In this document: in pieces, positions 58,701 through 64,000 of the stretch
Layout: the number at the start of each line of letters is the position of its first letter
Position numbering within the stretch: the first letter of the stretch is position 1
From: Candidatus Obscuribacterales bacterium
GTDB taxonomy: Bacteria > Cyanobacteriota > Vampirovibrionia > Obscuribacterales > Obscuribacteraceae
Direction: 5' to 3'
Assembly: GCA_965228855.1 (NCBI GenBank)
Contig: CBDDIJ010000003.1
Coordinates: 1,024,001 to 1,088,000, forward strand
DNA: 64,000 nucleotides
The notes under the pieces: generated by a model
What the model saw: the letters and a program-made list of their open reading frames with translations, nothing else
The model's database searches: none
What the model was told of the DNA's origin: nothing
Made by a program: the position numbers and the translations under genes

Positions 58701-58974
58701 CATCGCCCTCCTCCGGGAGAAGAATTTTTCTTGAAGAGAGGAAGTCCCTTACTCCGTCTTCTCTCGGTTTTCCGTCGACATAAGTTAGATAGTCTTGCTG
58801 AGTAAAAGGTTTTTCTCCAGTTTTGTATTTCTCAAGAAATTCATCAAAGGTTTGCTTCCATGCGCGGAAATGAACGGCTGCGGTTCTTGTCACGACACCA
58901 TCCATGTCGAACAACACAGCATCAAATTTTTCCGGACTGATTTGTTGCGGAGTTACCTTACTAATCTGTTCCAA
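55720..58974 (-). CDS. Beta-phosphoglucomutase-like HAD domain fused to GH65 glycoside phosphorylase
   Basis: FDMDGV, GKPAPD, VEDA; ALGNGY..RG, ARGWTGEGYQGHIFWD, GPDEFH, KQAD, GIHMGAMAG. Confidence 0.92.
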   Translation of the reverse strand: MEQISKVTPQQISPEKFDAVLFDMDGVVTRTAAVHFRAWKQTFDEFLEKYKTGEKPFTQQDYLTYVDGKPREDGVRDFLSSRKILLPEEGDESVESVAKKKNQRFLELIHEKGVEPYETTVAFINQLRKANIKTALVTASKNGVEILKVTKLSSLFDTYVTGVETAKLHLKGKPAPDTFLKAAEQLGVKPDRAIVVEDAEAGVESGKKGGFGMVIGVARSGNGKALAEHGADIVVRDLAEVLPELSDLSNCGKNELPQMAMSDLDVTKANWIVSYNRYDPQTEMKRESLCALGNGYFFTRGAASDAVADDVHYPGTYIAGAYNSSRLGPSSEEFDREELVNMPNWLPLTFSIDDGDWFSIDEVEIEDFSQKLNLQQGILYREVKFKDKEGHETTLRERRFVHMHFSHLAGQEIEIEARNWSGKLRVKTEIDGSVTNSGDSVDPNYKHTKHLKVVECDAQDNELFLKVTTSDSGLIVALATRTSIPSHPNVRWKGRCEDERAISEITLDFTQGESISIQKICAVYTSRDNGIYEPGSATREEVDDAPSFDDLIESQIDTWRSLWQQFDLFLEASEEHSKLIPSLLLHLNSFHCLQTASSHTVDLDTGIPARGWTGEGYQGHIFWDDLFVFPFINLRMPDISAALLKYRYRRLPEARKIALKYGARGACFPWQSASDGKERTPNYWWMKERHEWIKDHTHREIHVNGAIAYNIWQYYQVTLDHQFMYSFGSEMLMEIARFFATYARYNEEKERYEITGVIGPDEFHNAYPGAKEAGINNNAYTNILASWTIRRALVLLNEMPSDHSKQIRSRLEIEDDEIRLWEDVSTKLFLPIMQNGLLSQFEGFEDLKEFPKGAHDKSFHKELKAQLKMHRGYLNDYKLSKQADILMLGFLFSPGEIEKLIENLGYPKSCVALDDLVDYYLPRTANESTLSRVAHSWVLSRLERLRTGNHKECQELHRRAEHEVFYEALGSDYYDVAARGTAKTGIHMGAMAGTVDIAQRCYTGLETRDDVLWLDPKLPPALVRLSFSLHYRGQSIGFDIFQDKMKVHARHSSAMPIKIGYKDEVHELRSGDYQLFTLEDRDGR

Positions 58975-60371
58975 TTTCCATAATCCTCGCTGATTGGTCC
59001 TCTAGGTATCGACAGAAGAGTGACCAGTGAGCCGCAAAGCACGGCGTTTACTAAAACGATCGGATTTCCTCCTGCAAAAAATATGCCCGCGAAAACAGTT
59101 GCGATTCCGAACAGTACGTTCGCGAACCGCGCAATACGAGTGACTTCAGCAGTCGCCAGCGCCGCTGTAGTGACTATGAAGGCTCCTAATAAGTGGTCGC
59201 AGTTGGCTGCTATTTGCGTTGCCGGAAGCACGTCTGGTCTAGCCATAAGCCAGGCTCCGATAGCGATTTGTGCTGCCAGAGTGGCGGGTATGTTCACCCC
59301 TTGTACGCTCGCGATCCATCGCTGGGTCAGTGAGTATTGCAATCTATCCGGGTCTTTGCCTTCATCAGCCGAAACCGCTATCGACCCTCCATGCCAGAAG
59401 ACCTCCCAAACCGATTTGCCTTGTTTCTGCGCTAGAACTAAGAACTGACCGACGGCGACGGCTTCGTGAACTGCCAGAGGTACTGAAGTCAACAGAAACG
59501 CTGCTGCAACCAGGCACAGACCGCACCACGCGCCGACAAACATTGGTTGAGTGATGACGAGAACAATACTGGTTATGCCCAGTGGTAAAACGAGAAGCGC
59601 AAAAAATGCCACTGTCCACGGTGCTGTTCTCCACCGGGCTCGGCCTCCCATGCAACCTGCCATCACTTCCATCACGTACGCCACTGCACCGAAGCCTGCG
59701 TCGGAAATGGGGAACGAGCGCGAAATGTCAGAGGTCAGGACTCGCTCGGTTCCGTTACCGAAAAACGGATCCCATATGGTGTTCGTGTAACCAAGTTGAT
59801 GCGCTGCAAGGTATCTGGAGATCAAGAAACCTGCGAGTGCCAGTGCTACACCAAGCCATCGACGTATCCAGGATGAAGGGTTGTATGACCATCCAGGAGG
59901 AATATCGCGTCCGTCCATCTCAATTCCAGCTTGACCTGGCAGCCCCGGAATCAATAGTGCGAATGTGATTATCAATGTTCCTACGAGCGTGTCTTGCAGA
60001 TAGACTGCCGGTGTAGGAGACCAGAACAACAGGGGCGCTAGCAGAAGCCAGAAAGCAGCCGAAAGGGTTCCTAGCCTGAACCAATGTCTTCTCGGCGAAA
60101 ATGCAAGAAATTCGGAAAGCAGAATAACTGCACCACAAATGGTATCACTGATCTGGAGAGCGGAACTTCTGTAATCCATCAGGAATGGACTAGTTATAAT
60201 CCAGATGGCCAGAACCACGTTTATACCGTAAGTCCATAGCGTTCGGTATTGATGATCTATGCGAAGTGCCTCAAGGCTCGCGCTGTCCGAGTAGATTTCG
60301 ACGAATGCATCAACCCGCGGATGGTTGTTAACCGCGGGCTGTACTTTCGACGCTGTTCTTCCAGACGCCAT
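58953..60371 (-). CDS. VKOR-family membrane protein with SPW-type repeats
   Basis: PPGWSYNPSSW, WDPFFG, SDAGFG, WCGLC (CxxC); flanking W...PLLF helical repeats. Confidence 0.82.
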   Translation of the reverse strand: MASGRTASKVQPAVNNHPRVDAFVEIYSDSASLEALRIDHQYRTLWTYGINVVLAIWIITSPFLMDYRSSALQISDTICGAVILLSEFLAFSPRRHWFRLGTLSAAFWLLLAPLLFWSPTPAVYLQDTLVGTLIITFALLIPGLPGQAGIEMDGRDIPPGWSYNPSSWIRRWLGVALALAGFLISRYLAAHQLGYTNTIWDPFFGNGTERVLTSDISRSFPISDAGFGAVAYVMEVMAGCMGGRARWRTAPWTVAFFALLVLPLGITSIVLVITQPMFVGAWCGLCLVAAAFLLTSVPLAVHEAVAVGQFLVLAQKQGKSVWEVFWHGGSIAVSADEGKDPDRLQYSLTQRWIASVQGVNIPATLAAQIAIGAWLMARPDVLPATQIAANCDHLLGAFIVTTAALATAEVTRIARFANVLFGIATVFAGIFFAGGNPIVLVNAVLCGSLVTLLSIPRGPISEDYGNWNRLVR

Positions 60372-60376
60372 TTACG

Positions 60377-61579
60377 TCAAGCCACCCTGTTCTTCTTATT
60401 CGACTCCGCGTCGGTGTTCTGCGGTTGCGTCTCCCTCTCCCACTCACTGTGGTTTCTGCTAGTTCCATTTAAGTGCAGATTTTGCGATCCGCCATCAGCC
60501 ACTTCTTCGTTATGAGGGTTCTGGGGCACAGGCTTCAATTTATTCAACTCGTACCATTTTTCCGGATCGACCTTCAGTCCTTCGAGCATGAGTGGCAACG
60601 TTTCACGCAATGAATGCTTAGCTTTCCATCCGAGAACCCGTTCAGCTCTGGTACTGTCCATCTCGTAATTGTCGCTGGCTCGGTCGATCATCCACGGTCT
60701 GATGAACGGTTTTTCCGGCAGGGGAAGTTGCTGCTCGACCCACGCGCCAGCTTTTGCAATTGGTTTTGGCACTTCAATCGTCTTCCATGGCTCATTGAAG
60801 AGCACGTTTGCGACCTCTGTCTGAATGTCTTGGTAGCTCATCGTGTTGGCTTCGCTGATGTTGAATACCGAGTACGGCGGCAGCTTATCGGCGTTACGAA
60901 TACAAGCATCAAATGCATCGACTACGTCCTCGAGGTGTACAAAAGATTGTTTGACGTGGATGTCACCGGAGTACATGTGACCCTCAATACTTCGTTCATA
61001 TATTCGCTGTATCTGGTGAGCCAGGGGAATTGATTGACAGATGTTTGAGTAGACTCCTGCAATGCGCAGCACCACTACTGGTATCTTTCCATGTTTTTCT
61101 TGCAGCAACTTTTCGGTATCGACTTTCGATTGCGGATAAGCCCATGTCCCGCCCAACTCCGAATCTTCTGTAAGTCGTCGACCTTTATCGTTTGGTTTAT
61201 ATGCCAGCATTGAACTGCTGAAGATAAACTGCTTCACCTCAAAGTTTTCCAGCTCACGCAGCATGCGCTCCGTCCCTTTTAGAGTCAAGTCCTTGTACAT
61301 ATGACTGTTTTCGCCGTCAAATGAATAGTAGGCTGCGAGGTGGAATACGGCTTTGATGCGCGACCCGTAGCGTGATTCGACTAGAAACATCGTTTTTTGA
61401 ACGGATTCGTCGGAGGTCAGGTCGCAAAAGATAGTTTCGGTGTTCGGCGGCGGATAAGGTGGTCCTTCCCTGTCGAATCCCAGGACCGTATGGTCTTGTT
61501 CTCCGAAATGATGCGACAGCGCGTGACCGAGGAGTCCACTGCTACCTGTGATGATGATACATTCCCGCTCTGTCGACAT
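60377..61579 (-). CDS. NAD-dependent epimerase/dehydratase (extended SDR)
   Basis: ITGSSGLLG, HLAAYY, FSSS, YPQSK; GGAGG RBS before MSTERE. Confidence 0.88.
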   Translation of the reverse strand: MSTERECIIITGSSGLLGHALSHHFGEQDHTVLGFDREGPPYPPPNTETIFCDLTSDESVQKTMFLVESRYGSRIKAVFHLAAYYSFDGENSHMYKDLTLKGTERMLRELENFEVKQFIFSSSMLAYKPNDKGRRLTEDSELGGTWAYPQSKVDTEKLLQEKHGKIPVVVLRIAGVYSNICQSIPLAHQIQRIYERSIEGHMYSGDIHVKQSFVHLEDVVDAFDACIRNADKLPPYSVFNISEANTMSYQDIQTEVANVLFNEPWKTIEVPKPIAKAGAWVEQQLPLPEKPFIRPWMIDRASDNYEMDSTRAERVLGWKAKHSLRETLPLMLEGLKVDPEKWYELNKLKPVPQNPHNEEVADGGSQNLHLNGTSRNHSEWERETQPQNTDAESNKKNRVA

Positions 61580-61704
61580 AACGCCCTCCTCCGTTTTTTT
61601 TGCCGAGACGGAGCTGAATGGTAAGAGTTCCAACTTTCGAGACTCGATCACCCATTCCACACATTTGTATAATGCTGTCATTGCGCAAGAGCCGCTGCTT
61701 GACT

Positions 61705-63159
61705 ATGACTTATAAGAAACTGAGCCTGAAAGAAAATCCAATGCAACTGCCGCTCGTCCAGAAGGTGGTGGCACAGGCTCATGCAAGAAACCAGAACGCC
61801 TATCTGGTCGGCGGATATGTGCGCGATATCTTATGGTTCGGAGAGTCCAGGAAAACTGCTACCGACCTTGATTTTGCAGTAGCAGGCACGCGCGCTCTGG
61901 ACTTTGCAAAAACCTTTGCCGAGGACAATTCGACGCACGAAAATGAAGCACACTATGTGGTGCTGGACGAGTCATTCGACACCGCTCGCGTCGTATTCGA
62001 TGATGGCGCGTATCTTGATTTTGCCGGCTGCATCGGCGGTTCTATTGAAACCGATTTGCGCCGCCGCGATTTTACTGTAAATGCGCTTGCGTTCGATGCT
62101 GCTAAACCTGAGTATGTGCTCGATCTGTTCAATGCCACTGATGATATCGAGAAACGCATAATAAGGGCGATTTCGAAGGCTGGTCTGTCTGACGATCCTT
62201 TGCGTTTATTGCGTGCGTTTCGGTTTAAGGCGACTTTGAATGCGAATATCGAACCGCAAACGATGGAGTGGATAAAGGAATTGTCCTCCTCAATCGACAC
62301 CGTGGCCGCAGAGCGCATAAACGCGGAGATGTTTATTCTCCTCAACGCGCAAAGTGCCGGGGAAATCATTAATGAGCTAGGCAACACCGGACTGCTCGAA
62401 GCGATTTATGCCGAGCTGAGAGACACGCGACGCGTAACTCCAAACGATTATCATCACCTGAATCTGTTCGACCATAGTGTCGAAACCGTTCATCAGCTGG
62501 AAGAAAACCTTCATCGCCTGCCTGACTGGGCGCGTGAGTCCAGCAATGAGCAGCTCTCTCATGGTGTGACGAAGCTGGCTGCGACCAAACTAGCCGCGCT
62601 TCTTCACGATATCGGCAAGCCGGGCACCTGGGAGATTAACGAAGAGGGGCGTCATACGTTTTACGGTCACGACTCGAAAGGCGCTGACATGGCTGAGTTC
62701 ATGGGGGAACGCTTGAAGTGGTCCAAGCCGGTCAGTAGGTTTATCAGCAAATTGATTCAGTGGCATTTGCGACCTGGAGCGCTGTTTCATCAAGGTTTTC
62801 CAACCGAGAAGGCTATTTATCGCTTCTATAGAAAGATGGGCGATGATTTGCCGCAGCTGATCGCTCTAGCTCTCGGAGACCTCGGTGCCACATGTGGTGA
62901 AGGTTTGCCGGAGCCGTCACGAGCGGTTCTGGCCGATCAAATGATTGATCTTCTATATGGATATAAACCGTTCGTGGAAGAGTCGGCTGCCAAGCCTCGT
63001 TTTCTCAATGGTCAAGATGTAATGCGGCTGCTAAATCTAGGACCTGGACCTATGATAGGCGAAATTCTCGACGCTCTGGCTGAAGCTCAGGGATTGAAGC
63101 AAGTCCTGGATCGCCCAACTGCTGAGCGTTTCGTTTTCGAGTACATGGCGAAAAAGTAG
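61705..63159 (+). CDS. Class II tRNA nucleotidyltransferase with HD domain (probably CC-adding); start 61705 or 61741
   Basis: YLVGGYVRD, DLDFAV, RRDFTVNA, DDPLRLLRAFRF, AERI, LLHDIGKP. Confidence 0.9.
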   Translation: MTYKKLSLKENPMQLPLVQKVVAQAHARNQNAYLVGGYVRDILWFGESRKTATDLDFAVAGTRALDFAKTFAEDNSTHENEAHYVVLDESFDTARVVFDDGAYLDFAGCIGGSIETDLRRRDFTVNALAFDAAKPEYVLDLFNATDDIEKRIIRAISKAGLSDDPLRLLRAFRFKATLNANIEPQTMEWIKELSSSIDTVAAERINAEMFILLNAQSAGEIINELGNTGLLEAIYAELRDTRRVTPNDYHHLNLFDHSVETVHQLEENLHRLPDWARESSNEQLSHGVTKLAATKLAALLHDIGKPGTWEINEEGRHTFYGHDSKGADMAEFMGERLKWSKPVSRFISKLIQWHLRPGALFHQGFPTEKAIYRFYRKMGDDLPQLIALALGDLGATCGEGLPEPSRAVLADQMIDLLYGYKPFVEESAAKPRFLNGQDVMRLLNLGPGPMIGEILDALAEAQGLKQVLDRPTAERFVFEYMAKK

Positions 63160-63355
63160 TCCAGCTTACTTAAATTTGCTTGGCAACTAATGTTTTGAAA
63201 ATTTCGCGATTAGAAGAAATATTTCAGGGCATATTCTCTACAGAGGCGAATGCAAAGCTCGTCTGGATTTCAAGAGATTGCCTGGAGTATCGGCAGTCGT
63301 AGCCCCCGGGGCTGTTTGCTGCTGCGGGAAATGCAGCTTATTGGAGATTCTGAAA

Positions 63356-63616
63356 ATGATAAATACCAAAGCCGACAAATTGTTCAACTACACGGTCATC
63401 GCCCGGCTCGATGATGCTATCCCTCTCCACACCGAAGAGTGGCAGCAAGTTGAGCGTCTCTTGAATCAGATAAGCGAATTCGTTCCGACATCGATGTTGA
63501 ATAACGTGACCGAAGCAATCATCTCGTATGCGGATGACCAAGCGCGTCGCGGCTATCTCCTCGGTCAAGAAGATCTGGTCACTGAACTCAAAAAGAAAGC
63601 GTCAAAAATCGCTTAA
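63356..63616 (+). CDS. Small helical hypothetical protein
   Basis: 86-aa ORF with GGAG upstream of MINTKADK. Confidence 0.65.
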   Translation: MINTKADKLFNYTVIARLDDAIPLHTEEWQQVERLLNQISEFVPTSMLNNVTEAIISYADDQARRGYLLGQEDLVTELKKKASKIA

Positions 63617-63718
63617 TCCCCGACCAAGACTTCAGATCGCCTCAAAGTTTTTCTTCCACTTTCCCGGTCAGCGCCTCGAGCAATCGAGGCGCTGTCTGTT
63701 GTGGGGTGCGTTGCGGTC

Positions 63719-64000
63719 TTAGTTATCTGTCGATATCAGCACATCGCCGCCGAAAGTGATGGCGTTCTTATTTCCGTTGTTTATGGAAACCTGCTTTCCA
63801 GCAGCACCGCTGATGGTGCTTTCCGGTTTTTTCGCCTTGATTTCGAAGCCTTTTAGATCTACAGCGCCAGTGATGAAAATGTTTGCAGGCGCCGGCATCG
63901 GAGTCGAGCTTGCGTTTCCTACCAGAATGCTTATGGGGCTTGCTGCGAGCAAGGCGGTATTCGATTTGATTGTGAATTTTCCGTTGCTGCCTGTGCTTAT
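63719..64000 (-). CDS. C-terminal end of a protein extending beyond the window (G/S/T/N-rich, beta-rich)
   Basis: Frame stays open to the window edge; composition like exported beta-helical proteins. Confidence 0.5.
   Translation of the reverse strand: MSTGSNGKFTIKSNTALLAASPISILVGNASSTPMPAPANIFITGAVDLKGFEIKAKKPESTISGAAGKQVSINNGNKNAITFGGDVLISTDN

Noticed and set aside
1..64000. Prophage, IS elements, tRNA/rRNA, known anti-phage systems
   Set aside because: No integrase, transposase, phage structural, cas or restriction-modification motifs seen, and no tRNA/rRNA signatures recognised by eye.

Overview
Gene-dense bacterial chromosomal window with no rRNA, tRNA, CRISPR array or transposase that I can recognise. 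Gene content suggests a non-photosynthetic relative of Cyanobacteria (Vampirovibrionia/Obscuribacterales-like); this is inference only. In order: the 3' part of a Wsp-like chemosensory operon (CheR-TPR, CheW, CheA-REC, CheB, REC); a kinase-less PAS-acidic linker-REC-pseudoHpt protein plus a stand-alone Hpt; deoxysugar genes; malic enzyme; a Tat-signal superoxide dismutase; two tandem unknown paralogs; and an M1 aminopeptidase. The 22.8-38.8 kb block is a protease/signalling cluster: two DUF4384-like proteins (one a membrane-anchored trypsin), a sigma-70-like protein fused to three ComEA-like helix-hairpin-helix repeats with a DUF1822-like partner, an exported TldD/TldE pair, a zinc-ribbon membrane protein, a zinc-ribbon Ser/Thr kinase and an exported TPR-CHAT protease. 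Then come housekeeping/envelope genes, a combined cytochrome bc + caa3-type oxidase operon whose cytochrome b carries cytochrome c and DUF4142-like fusions, a beta-PGM/GH65 fusion, a VKOR-SPW and SDR pair, and a probable CC-adding enzyme. Best candidate for an undescribed system: the sigma-HhH/DUF1822-like pair and its surrounding proteases. A palindrome centred on CGATATCG recurs in three intergenic regions. All family calls are from motif recognition by eye, not database searches.
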